This document shows positions 23,088 to 34,725 of a stretch of DNA of 64,000 nucleotides, piece by piece; position 1 is the first letter of the stretch, and each line of letters opens with the position of its first letter. The DNA is from Trichosphaerium sp. ATCC 40318. Its lineage: Eukaryota; Protista; Tubulinea. A model generated the notes under the pieces. That model saw only the letters and a list, made by a program, of their open reading frames with translations. It did no database searches and was not told the DNA's origin. A program made the translations under genes and the position numbers. The stretch covers positions 191,006-255,005 of the forward strand of contig JALMLS010000100.1 of assembly GCA_038496445.1 (NCBI GenBank), written 5' to 3'.

Positions 23088-24585
23088 TTAGAGGTAAGGT
23101 ATACCTTCGTACTGTCCCAAAGAGTATTCTATAAAATAGTCTAAATAATCTACACGACGAGCACCAGATCGTGTAAGACGATTATCAGTATTTTCACAGA
23201 ATCTTGTACTGTGTCTAGACTTTTCAACCGCGTAAAGGCCTTTCAGTGATAGAAAAGCTTCATCTGAGATTTGATCACAGTTTTTAAGACCAATTGTATG
23301 AACACCTGATAGCGCTCTTACTCCTTCATCTGTAACTTCAGTACCATCAAGATTAATTGAATACACTCCCTTCAATGCTTTAATACCTTCATCTGTTACT
23401 GTAGTACGAGCAAGGTCAATGGAATGAACGCCCTTCAGTGCTTTGATTCCTTCATCTGTAACTAAAGTGTCTCCAAGATGAATACTATGAACACCTGCAA
23501 GCGCTTTTACACCTTCATCTGTGACTGATGTTGTGTTAAGGAAAACAGTATGAGCACCCTTCAATGATTTGATACCTTCATCTGTTACTGCAGTACCTTC
23601 AAGATAAATGGTGTGTACACCTGCAAGTTGTTTGATACCTTCGTCAGTTACTGCACTGTCAGTGAGGTTGATAGTATGGACACCCTTTAGTGACTTGATG
23701 CCTTCATCAGTCACATTTTTACAGTTTAATATATCAATGGTATGAACTCCAGCAAGTGCTTTGATTCCGTCGTCTGTCACCAATGTGGAAGTAAGATCAA
23801 TTGTATGAACACCTTTCAGTGCCTTGATACCCTCATCTGTAATTGTTCTACAACGATATAGACAAATAGAATGTACTCCTGCAAATGCCTTAAGATCATT
23901 ATCATTGATAACTCCATCTTTCTCATATCTTACCTGGAAGTTTCTTTTGAATGAAGTATCAATGTGTTTACATCCAGATAACAATGAACACAAAGTATTG
24001 TTTTCAACATTCATCACTATGACACTGTTGTTCATGACACCCTTGTACTGTCTGACTTTTAAGATATCTGGAATGTCGTAAATATGCACTGTTTCATATC
24101 CAACGACATGATGGATGATATCAGCCATCAAACGACATGACTGAGCAACAGCAAACCTTGCTTTCGCCTCTGTATGATGAAGAATCGTGGATATAACTTC
24201 TGGTGGGAAATTAAGAATGTTCACTACTTTATGTGGACGAGTTTGTGTTCTTTTAAATTGTACAATGTTAGTATCTTGAATATTTCAGTATCAGAACGTA
24301 CATTCTTACTTGCTTGTGCTTTGGTAGCGACAAGTCTTCGGATTGCGTCACAGGTATAACTGTTGGTACTGGTACTGTGTGCTTTTCGGGTGTAGAAGTC
24401 TCCGTGGTTTTAAAGAGATATTGGTCGATTTGGTGTAAAAGGTTCTTGTTTGCAACGTTTAAGATATTTTCAAGCTGGTTTATAAACACTTTACGTTGTT
24501 TTGTGCTTATTTTACTAAACTCTTCTTTGTGGTTGTTGTGATAGTATGTGATTGCTTGCTCCACTGAAACGCCTGGTAAATTCAT
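23088..24585 (-). CDS. F-box plus leucine-rich-repeat protein
   Basis: F-box ILNFPPEVISTILHHT..AVAQSCRLM; about 10 repeats of 21-22 aa (VTDEGIKALKGVHTIDL). An N-terminal exon (ATG 24585) joins in frame through intron 24250-24301. Confidence 0.85.
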
Positions 24586-24757
24586 CTGTTTGAGTCTCGT
24601 TGCTAAAATGAAAATAGAAACCAAGTTCACCGTTAAGTACAGGTTGACACTTGACTTGATGCATTCTGCATGAGTAGCAAATGGAAGTCAAAGTTACAAA
24701 AGTTTACATTTTGGGCGATCTCTTTTGCTGTTTATTTCATTATTTTTAAAAAAAAGT

Positions 24758-27700
24758 TTACTTTGTAGAGCTCTTTACAGCTTCACGAATAACGTAATTC
24801 AAAACACCACCATTCTAGCGAGGAAAAAATTAGAATATTTGACATGACAAAAAAAAGAAAGGTGTCGCTTACTTTGTAGTATGTAACTTCAGAAGCAGTG
24901 TCAAGCCTTAGTACTGCTTTGAAGCTTGTTACATCCTTGTTACCAGCAACATTAATAGTGACTTCTTGACGTGGCTTAATATCGGCAGTTAAGTCGAATG
25001 AAAATTTTTCTTTTCCAGTCAAGCCCAATTTATCAGCATCGGTACCCTCAACAAATTCAAGAGGTATTACACCGAATAGAACAAGGTTAGAACGGTGAAT
25101 CCTGATATGAATTAGTACAAAGACAACACGTAATAAAGAAAAAGTCTCACCTTTCAAAAGATGTTGCGATTACTGCTTTTACACCTTGCATCCATGTTCC
25201 CTCTAAACGCTGGTAAGAAAAACGGCAAGAAATTGTTTGTTCATCAAGCCGTACTTGCTGCCCAATCTCTTGAACTTCCAGAACCGTATTGTGCGCCAGC
25301 CAAGATGATCAAATCGTTACCCTACAATTGATTAACATTTGAAGCCGAGGTGAGCATTCCATACCTTGTACTTTTCAGCAGCGTCAAATACGTCCATAAT
25401 TTCACCGGATGGAATGTGAAGAGTCTTTGGAGCAGCTTTACCGACAAACTAAGGAATATTGAGTACTAAAATTTCGTGATTGTTGATTTCCTTTTGTACC
25501 TTGTTCAGGAGTCTAATGTTGGCAAATGTTCCTCTAACCATAACTTCGTCGTTACCACGTCTAGAACCGTAACTGTTGAATTGTTTTGGTTCAACACCAC
25601 GACCTTGCAAGTAACGTGCAGCTGGTGATTTTCTTGAAATGGAACCAGCAGGGCTAGGACGCAAATATAAGAAACAACCAAAAACGTTTTGCTACAAGGC
25701 GTACCTGATATGATCTGTGGTGATGAAGTCACCCAAGTTGAGGAGGCAGTATGCATCTTTGACAGTAGTAATAGGCTCGATATCACGTTTCATTGTAGCG
25801 AAGAAAGGTGGGGAGTTGATGTAGCTGAACATAGATATTAAAAACCGAAGGAAGATAATAGATAATATTGAATTTCTTGACATACGTAGACTTTGGATCC
25901 CATGGGTACAACTTGTCGTCAGAGGCTTCGAGCATGTTCCATTGTTTGGTTCCGTTTGTTACTTGACCGTATACTTCTTTGAACATGGTAGACAATACAG
26001 ACTCAGTAACAATCTTTTCGATTTCCTCACGTGAAGGCCAGATATCCTTCAAGAAGACGTCCTTTCCGTCTTTACCTTTACCCAAAGGCTCTTTTTCAAA
26101 GTCAATGAGTACGTTGCCTGCCAAAGCGTATGCGACTACGAGTGGAGGTGACGCCAAGTAGTTGGCACGAATGTAAGCATGGATACGTCCTAGGAGTGGC
26201 TTTTAGTTGGAGGATAATATAAAATATTTAGGTTACCTTCGAAGTTTCTGTTACCGGAGAGAACACCGCAGGTGACGAGGTCTCCTGATTCAATAGCTGT
26301 TGATACTTCTTCTGGAAGTGGACCAGAGTTACCAATGCAAGTAGTGCAACCGTATCTACAGGCTCAATTAATGTGATAATGATATATTCTTTTGATTTCA
26401 TACCCGACAAGGGAGAATCCAATTTTGGCGAGTTCAGGGAGAAGTCCGCTTCTTTCCAAGTACTGTGTTACTACACCAGATCCAGGTGCGAGAGAAGTCT
26501 TGATGTAAGGGCTTACATCGAGACCAGCAGCAACAGCGTTCTTGGCCAAAAGACCAGCACCGATCATTACACTTGGGTTTGATGTGTTGGTACAACTGGT
26601 GATAGCAGCAATGACTACGCTTCCGTGTTTGAGGTTGTACTTGCTTCCTTTGTACTCAAAAGGTACTTCAGTGCTTCTTTTGTCTTCAGGAATAGCGAAT
26701 CCTTTAAAGCCAACAGGGTTTGCCAAACATTTCTAAAACAGGGTCAATAACAAGTTTAGGAGCGTCACAAGTGGTACGAACCTGGAAATCAGCCTTCATG
26801 TCATTAAGAGCAACGTAATCGTGAGGACTATTTTGTGTTACAATAAAACGGTAAAACAAAGAAATAAGTACCGTTTTGGTCCAGAGACAGCAGGAACAAT
26901 AGTGTCAAGGTTGAGTGTGACATTTTGTGTGTATACAGCATCTTGTGACTTATCTGTAAAGTCACGGAACATACCCTAAACTCGCTTATCAGATATGGAC
27001 ATTGGCACGTATAAGTTTACCTGAGCTCTCAAGTATTTCTCAGTAAATTGGATCTTGACGTCATCACGTCCACTCAATTTCATGTATTCCAATGAGCGTT
27101 CATCAACAGCAAAGAAAGAAATTGTACAACCCATTTCTGGAGACATGTTTGATATTGTAGCGCGATCAGCAATGCTCAATGAAGCTACACCAGGTCCGTA
27201 AAATTCAACGAATTTTCCAACAACACCAATATCACGAAGTTGCTGTAAAAAAACGAGTAAGCACGTGGTAGAGAAAAAAATTCTGGCGAAAGAAATGTCG
27301 GAAACTATTTCCTGTACCTTTGTAATAGCCAATACCATATCGGTAGCAGTAGCACGAGAATCAAGTTTACCAGTAATTTCAAAACCGACAACTTCAGGCA
27401 AAACCATAGAGATCTTTTTCCAGTGTTAGATGTTTACAGTAAAACCAGATATATTCCAGCTTGAGTTACGTACAGATTGACCCAAAATTACAGCTTCAGC
27501 TTCAATACCGCCAACACCCCAACCGACACTTTTAAAAAAAATAAGCAAAAGTTTGATATTTTTTCAAGAACTGTTCTACGTACACGCCAAGGCCGTTGAT
27601 CATAGGTGTATGACTGTCAGTACCGACAAGTGAGTCTGGGTATAATAGACCGTCTTTATGGAATACAACACGAGCAAGGTATTCGAGGTTTACCTACAAA

Positions 27701-28631
27701 GCCATAAGTAAAAAAAGTCCAAAATAGGACTCACAATTTTTACTTTTCAAAAAAAAAACTTTCGTGGTCAGGAAGAGCACGATAAACTCTTCCCCTTATA
27801 CTTCCACACTGAATAAGAAAATATTTTCAGAGCAAGGATGGATGTTATCGTCATTCCAACAAAAATTACAGGAGAAAAAAAAATTCCGAAAGAAATTATC
27901 ACGTTTGATGACAAGTGCGTACTTGATGGACAATACCGGCACCTGGTGGTACAATAGTCAATCCAGAGAATGCTTTAGCACCCCACTTTAAGAACACAAA
28001 GCGCTCGTGGTTTCTCTTCATCTCCATTTCAAGATTTACTTGTAAGGCGTCTTTACTACGGAATTTATCGACCTAAAAGGAATATTACGCTCGGATTGTT
28101 CGTTAGATTTACGTTACCTGTACGGAGTGATCGATAACGAGATCTACAGGAACGCTAGGTTCAATAGATGTAGCGTCACCTCCCAAACGCTTTGTTGCAT
28201 CTCGACAAGCGGCTAAATCGATCGTTATGAGACGACAGGATGTTTTCTAGGCGTACCCAAATCGACAACGGCTGGTACACCTGTAAAATCTTGCAAAATG
28301 ACACGCGCTGGTTTGAAAGCAATCTCAGTTTGGGTTTTGCTCGTTTTTTCTAAATTACCGGTGAGGTACATTTTCGTTAAACTCAGTTACCCCAGTCAAG
28401 TATGTTGTTGACGTCCTTTTCGCTGATGGCAACGCCATCGCAGTTACGAATAGCGCTCTCTAACAAGATCCTGATACAGTACGGCAAACGGCCTAGAAAG
28501 TTTTTCAGATAGAAGCAACTTACGTCTCACGTACATAGACGTTCGTCTTTAAGGTCTGGGAGCGAGAAGTACGACGCTTCAACGTCTCCAACTTTTATTG
28601 TCTTTTTAAGGTTTGAGTACGGGTTTGACAT
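24758..28631 (-). CDS. ACO1: Cytosolic aconitate hydratase, AcnA/IRP1 type
   Basis: [105 protein letters not shown]. All introns canonical; no mitochondrial presequence. Confidence 0.95.
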
Positions 28632-28926
28632 GCTTTGTGCTTGGGAAAACCAAAACTACATACTTAGTGATCGCTTACAGCAGACTTAACATCGAAACGG
28701 GTAATTTGTGCCCTCAATACCCCTGATATGGGCCCTTTCGCTGTATCAAGCGTATAGGGCTTTGTAGTGTTTTGAGAAATTGTAAATAGATTTTTAAGCT
28801 TATTAGAGAGCTTACAAATACGTTGTAGGTAAATAGAAACTGAGTAAAATAAGCCACTACAGAATGTGTGAAGCAAGAAAGTCGTTGAACATCTGAAAAA
28901 AAGACCGTCAGCCAAATTGATCCACT

Positions 28927-29989
28927 ATGCTTGCACCTTATCTAAAGAAGCTAAACTCGCAAAAAAGAGTCATTTTGGCTTCAGGTAATGATTGTACATG
29001 TGTAAATAATAATTAATGATATTAACAGGCTCTCCACGCAGAAAAGATATACTAGAGAAATTGGTAACTCAATTGAGCCTGTCAGAACTATATTTTACTA
29101 AAATAACCTCAAAAGGGCCTCAAATTTGAAATAGTAGTAAGCCAGTTCGATGAGCTGCTCGATAAATCAACTTTTTCTCATCCAAAAGAATACGTTCTTG
29201 AAACAGCGAAACAAAAAGCACTTGACGTCTACAACAACGACAGATCGGTACGTAGCAATAAAAATGATACATAAAACGCTAAGAGAGTACACAGAACGCC
29301 AAAAAGAGTGATATTATCATATCTTGTGACACAATAGTTGTACTCGGTACTCAGATTATTGAGAAACCAAGAGATGTACCTCATGCAAAGGAAATGCTTC
29401 AGTCACTTTCAAACAAAGACCATTGTGTATATTCAGGCACGTGCACTTCAGACAAAATTGATATTGTTTTCCAAACAGAATTATAAGAATAAAGATATTA
29501 ACGGGTTGTAGCAATATCAATTTTGTTGCCTGCCAAAATGGAACAAGACTCTGAAAAAGCAATAACCAGCTTCGTTAAGGAGGTACATTCGATGAAGTCT
29601 CAGCTTAAAATCTAACGGCAGGTAGACAACAGTTACATTTGATACACTTGAAGATGATGTTATTGATGCTTATATTGCTACTGGTATTCCAATGTACGAT
29701 TTCTTCAAATAGTCAACTTGATGCTAATCTGGAGAGTAGGGACAAAGCTGGAGGCTATGGTGCAAATTAGAAACGAGTGTTGTTATTTTAATATTGTTGT
29801 AGGCATTCAAGATCCATTGGCTAGTTCCTTTGTAACTGGAATTAAAGGATGTTATTATAATGTTGGTACGAAAACTAAAGAAGATGTACTATCATTCTTA
29901 TTCTTTTCTTACTAGTCGGATTTCCTGTTAACTTGTTCTGCGTAAACCTTATCAAGCTTCTAAAAGATAGTAGTATTAAACTAGATTAA
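28927..29989 (+). CDS. Maf-family nucleoside triphosphate pyrophosphatase (YhdE/ASMTL-like)
   Basis: VILASGSPRRKDIL, AKQKA, SCDTIV, IIEKP, DKAGGYGIQ, GCYYNVVGFP. Confidence 0.88.
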
Positions 29990-30097
29990 CAAAACACAAG
30001 GCACGAGTTACAAAACTCAACAAAAAAATAAGTAAACACGTGGAAAATTTGAAAAGGTTTTTTGTGTAACAAATAATAAAAATTGTCGAAATGATTC

Positions 30098-32386
30098 TTA
30101 TTCAGTATCGGAATTGTACTGAGATAATCTACGTGTTATCTCTGTCCTTAAAGTCTGTAAATACAATCCAACACATCTAGCAGTATTCTCTAGTACATCC
30201 ATAGACATGGCACCTGTAGGCATGGCATCAAACATGTCTTGTATTTGAATATCAAAACTTTGTTCGTTAGGTTCAATATGATGTGCACCAAAAGAAAAGC
30301 TTGTATCAAGTCTGAACCCAGAATTTGTCAAACCATCTCTTTCATCCTCAGAATCCTGTAGGCTCCTTCGGCTTTCTGTACTAGCAGCATTTGACCTACC
30401 AACAACTCCAGGCATACCAGGACAAGTATACTTAACACCTCCAGCATCAGAATCAATGATTAGCATCCCAGGATTTGTGATTGGGATTACATTACGAGGC
30501 CAATCAATGGGTACTTTTAAAACACGTGTTTCTGTTAGTGATGACTGGGAAGGTTGTTGAAGATCTTCTGGTACTGCTTCTTCCATTTGTTGGTCAACGT
30601 CTTCTATTTCTTGAATAACATCTTTTAGTTCTTGTTTTATTTTTACCGCTCTTTTAGTTTCCCAAGAGTTTATTTCGTCTTGTCTTCTCTTCTGGTATGG
30701 TAATATAATTGTATCACCCATTTTAATATCCTTACTTGCAAATATTAAATTACGAATTTGTGAGCAACAGTAGAACGTCATCACAGCTATTTTAAAAAAA
30801 AAGGTTGATTAGCAATCACGAGAACATTAAAAGAAGAAAAAAAAGTTTACCGGGTTTTTTAACGTACAACAATTAGCAGTGTTAGGGTCCATATTCTCAG
30901 AGACGCTACAACCTCGTGTTAAAGGTATGTTTGAATAAAAACGTGGAGCTACCTTTTTATAAATTGTGTTTCATTACCTCCATCAGATGCGTCTATCACC
31001 AACTCGGGTAAATCTGAATAGTTCGGTGAGCAAGTAAGAACTTGTACACGAGATATCTAAAGTATATGTGTACATACTAGAGAACTCTGGCGGTAGAATG
31101 ATATCAGTGGTGTAATAATAAGTAGCACAATCGCCAATATACCGTACAGTGCCAGTGTATTCACCTTGATCAACTCTTAGTATAAAACAAACTTTTGTTT
31201 GACAGGTCAATTTTCGCACCAATGAGGTTTCCAGCTTGAATATCAATACCAGCAATAACTTCATATTGATCTAACCTACCTATAAATTTTGTGTTACTAA
31301 AGCGGTATCATATCAATAAGATAGTACCAACTTCTTCTCTGACACTTTTATTCCAAGCCCAATTTCGTCTATTAAAAAAAATAAGTAATTTCCAAACAAA
31401 TGATGGGTAGTACTGCTTCATCTTTCTTATCTTTAGCCTTGGTTCAAGATCAACTTTAAAAAAACTTGCTAAACAATACTATGAGCAAAGGCTAACGCTA
31501 AGAAAAATAAAAACTGCTTACCAGCAATGTCTTGCCATACATGTGTGTTACTCTGAAGTAATTCAGAATCCTTGTCGGTCAAGCTATACCACTGTGTCTT
31601 ATGTACATAGCGCATACCGCTAGGAAATCCAACGGCTTGCTTTTTTACTACACGTGACACATTAGTTTCAGGCACTAGTAGTAACTCTGAGCAACTACGT
31701 ACTATTTACGGCTTCTGGTATATGCTCTGAACAGAAAAATTGGCAAGTGCCAACAGAGTTTCCTAATTGTACACTTGTCAGTACTATTATCCATTGTCAT
31801 TTCATGTAATATGTGTCACCTATGACTTCACCACCGTGGTGCCTTGAGCAAACGAAATGATAGACCTTATTACAACCTAAAGAATGTCAACAAATATTTG
31901 ATCAAAATCTTTTCAAAAAGAAAAAAACGCGGAATATTTCCGGAGCTGTAAGCTTGTTTGAAAACGTACCAGGTACTTGACACTCTAAAGATGCATGCTT
32001 TGTATGACAGTAAGAGCACAACTAAGTTACAAGCGTTAAATGTCAGTTGTAGGAGATTAAATTGTACATTATTTTCTTTGCAGTAACGTAGAATAACGTC
32101 TTGATCAGGTTCTTCTGCGTACCGGCGTGTTGACCAGTTTAAGCAATTTCTATGTACATAAACCTTATTAAGAAGTTAGTTGGTTATTCATAAGCGTTTT
32201 ATGTCACCTGACGTGTGCCTGCGAAGTCTGTCACTTCTACTGGGAATAATCGCTTGGCATTTGAGCCAACTACAATTGTTTAAGCGTATTTTACAATATT
32301 AGCGATTAAAGAGTACGTGATGATCTAGCAAACTGGGAATGCTGGCAAAAGGCACAACCGTGGCCTTGTCCCTGAACAATAGCCAT
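30098..32386 (-). CDS. PHD-like zinc finger plus degenerate SET-domain protein
   Basis: CSYCHTKHASLECQVPGCNKVYHFVC...FFCSEH (PHD-like, preceded by CAFCQH). SET motifs IAGIDIQAGNLIGEYTG, LVIDASDGGNETQFIKS, DPNTANC, IFASKDIKMGDTIILPY. 5' end uncertain. Confidence 0.7.
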
Positions 32387-32581
32387 TATGTCGTCTTATG
32401 GAGATGTTGTAGTATGGCTTGAAGCCATTGGCTTTTTGACAACAAACAAGGCGCCAAAGGAGAACAAAATGCAGCCTCACTAAACAAATGAGACTTAATT
32501 GCGCAATAAAATCGTACAAACCATTACGTAAGCTTACCGTAACTTCGGGTGTTCATTCTTATATCGTTTAGTGGCTATCAA

Positions 32582-33175
32582 ATGTCATTGAGACTATTTA
32601 CCTCCAAGTCCTTTTTACGAACTCAGACCAAAGCCTGTACGCGCACAAATTCGCATGTGGAGCCAACCAGAGGTGCGTTATTAACATTTACAAATAAAAC
32701 ATAGCAATTCACACCAATTTTTAGCTAGACGCACTTTTCGTCGCTCACTGTGTACTGCGGTACCAGAAAAAACAGCATTAGAAAAAAGAATAAAAATGTT
32801 GCAATGGAGAACAACTGAAAGAGGCATGAAAGAAACAGAAGTACTTATGAGGTACCACATGCGTAATAAACAGCAAGACAATAACAAAATGGTGTTTTCT
32901 AGAGGATTCTGTCATAATAAACTGCCACATCTAAATGACGCTCAATTGGACGAATATAACGATATTGTAGAAGAAATTGACACTGATTTGGTAAAGTACC
33001 TAACAGACAAAGAGCCAGTCCCTGATCACATTAATAATTCAGTATGGAAGCTCCTAAGAGATTACATGGCCAAAGTACGCTTTTACAGCCTAACTCAACA
33101 AAGAACCCTTCACAAGCCTTACTTCTAACCACTTGCATTTAGCACCCACCACATGAAGACGAACAACTTAATTAA
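32582..33175 (+). CDS. SDHAF2: Succinate dehydrogenase assembly factor 2 (Sdh5/SDHAF2)
   Basis: Arg/Ser-rich presequence; KRIKMLQWRTTERGMKETEVLM..F..LDEYNDIVEEIDTDLVKYLT. Confidence 0.85.
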
Positions 33176-33267
33176 ACAGCAGTATATTATGTAGAGTACC
33201 AGCAACAAAAGAAGAAATGTCATTTTTTATTATTATCTAAGTGCTTCTTGTCAATCTTTTTGTCACT

Positions 33268-34064
33268 TCACTCTATCGAGTTTCGTGCGTTCTCTTTTTT
33301 AATTTTTCTAAACGATAATGGGGATTTGTTACGAGAGCTTCTCAATGTAGATGCCTTTCTTGTTCTCATTGGGGATTTACTACGTGACAGACGCCGTTGT
33401 TTTGTTTGTGCTCTTCTTGTCATTCTTGATATTCTACTCCTTCGAAGTTCTGCTTTCTTTTGACTCTTGTTGTCTCCTCCATCTTGTACTACTGAATCTC
33501 TTAAAGCAAGGAATTTACCAGTAGGCTCTTTATGCTTCTTCGAAGGGTCTAGAGAAAAAAAACGTGATCAGCACGTGAGAATTCGATAAAACATGAAGCA
33601 TTTTCCGATTCTTAACGCACTAGAAACTGTTTTCGCCGGTTTCCAACCACTTGAGCTTGATTGCTTTCCCTTCTGTGGATTACCTAGAATATCAGTTCGA
33701 GAACGCCCAGATTTGCGCCTAGTCCTTGTAGAAGGCTTTGGAGGTGATGTAGCTGAGCGCGATCTTCTCGCACGTGACCACTAGGTGCTAGTTTAGACAT
33801 TTCGTTTATTTAATGTCAATTTGTACTTTATTCCCATTCACTTGCATATCAACGCACCTATCTAACGCAGCGAAGGCTTGTCTATAAAACTCTTACTAAT
33901 TGTAGTTTATTTTCATCACGTTATACTCACCTAAGCTCTTTATGTACATCATCGTCTAGTCTGAATATATCAGTCTTTTCTGTGTTTGTTTTCATGTTCC
34001 TTTTCTTCAAGAAGTCGTAATTATCAGTATGACCGTCTACTGTCTCTGCTTTCCTCCATCGCAT
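33268..34064 (-). CDS. Hypothetical highly basic Arg/Ser/Lys-rich protein
   Basis: Four exons joined by GT-AG introns give MRWRKAETV...WSRARRSRSATSPPKPSTRTRRKSGRSR...RRLSRSKSPMRTRKASTLRSSRNKSP...*. Confidence 0.55.
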
Positions 34065-34246
34065 CCCTTTTACTGACTAGTTTACTATAATTAGTTAAGT
34101 AGGACCATACAATAATTAGTTGAGACTTCAACAAGTCACCTCTAGTCAACATGAAATGTAATCATGCTATCACAGTGTGATGAGTAGCATACTACTTCTA
34201 TCTTTACTCGTCTATGAAGGTGTTGTGTGTCAAGAAATTTTTGCAA

Positions 34247-34474
34247 TTAAGGGGGCAATGGCCTACTGTTGAGGCATTATTGTAACAGTAATTAGGTCAA
34301 ATAGCCTTCACTGATTAGGATCTATGGTCGTTTGCGTTTAAATTACAGTTAACAGAATGGTAATTCAATTTTCTAAAACACATGACTGTAAAAGTATGCT
34401 GCCAATGGTCTAAAATCAGGAATAAGTTCATGTGTGTAGTCCAACTAGTAAAATTAGAGGACTGTGCCCCTTAA
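34247..34474. mobile_element. Possible degenerate non-autonomous element (TTAA-flanked, GGGG...CCCC ends, Kolobok-like)
   Basis: TTAA|GGGGGCA at 34247 and TGCCCC|TTAA ending at 34474, in an intergenic gap. The inverted match is short and imperfect. Confidence 0.2.
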
Positions 34475-34725
34475 GTGATAGTAACTTATATTGGCCCAAT
34501 AGGATACGACTTTGCACAGGCAACGCACTTCCAACTAGTACGCTATTAAGCACACATACTTAACACGTTAGTGCACCCCTTCGTGCACCTCTTAAATCAT
34601 TAATTTTTTTAAAGGCACGTGTGTATTCATTCTATAGTACAAGTTTTTTTTCTTCTCTTTGTGTTTCTTTTGGTTTTTCATTATTAAAACAAATTAATGG
34701 CTGTTGGCCAACCAACAACTCGTAT

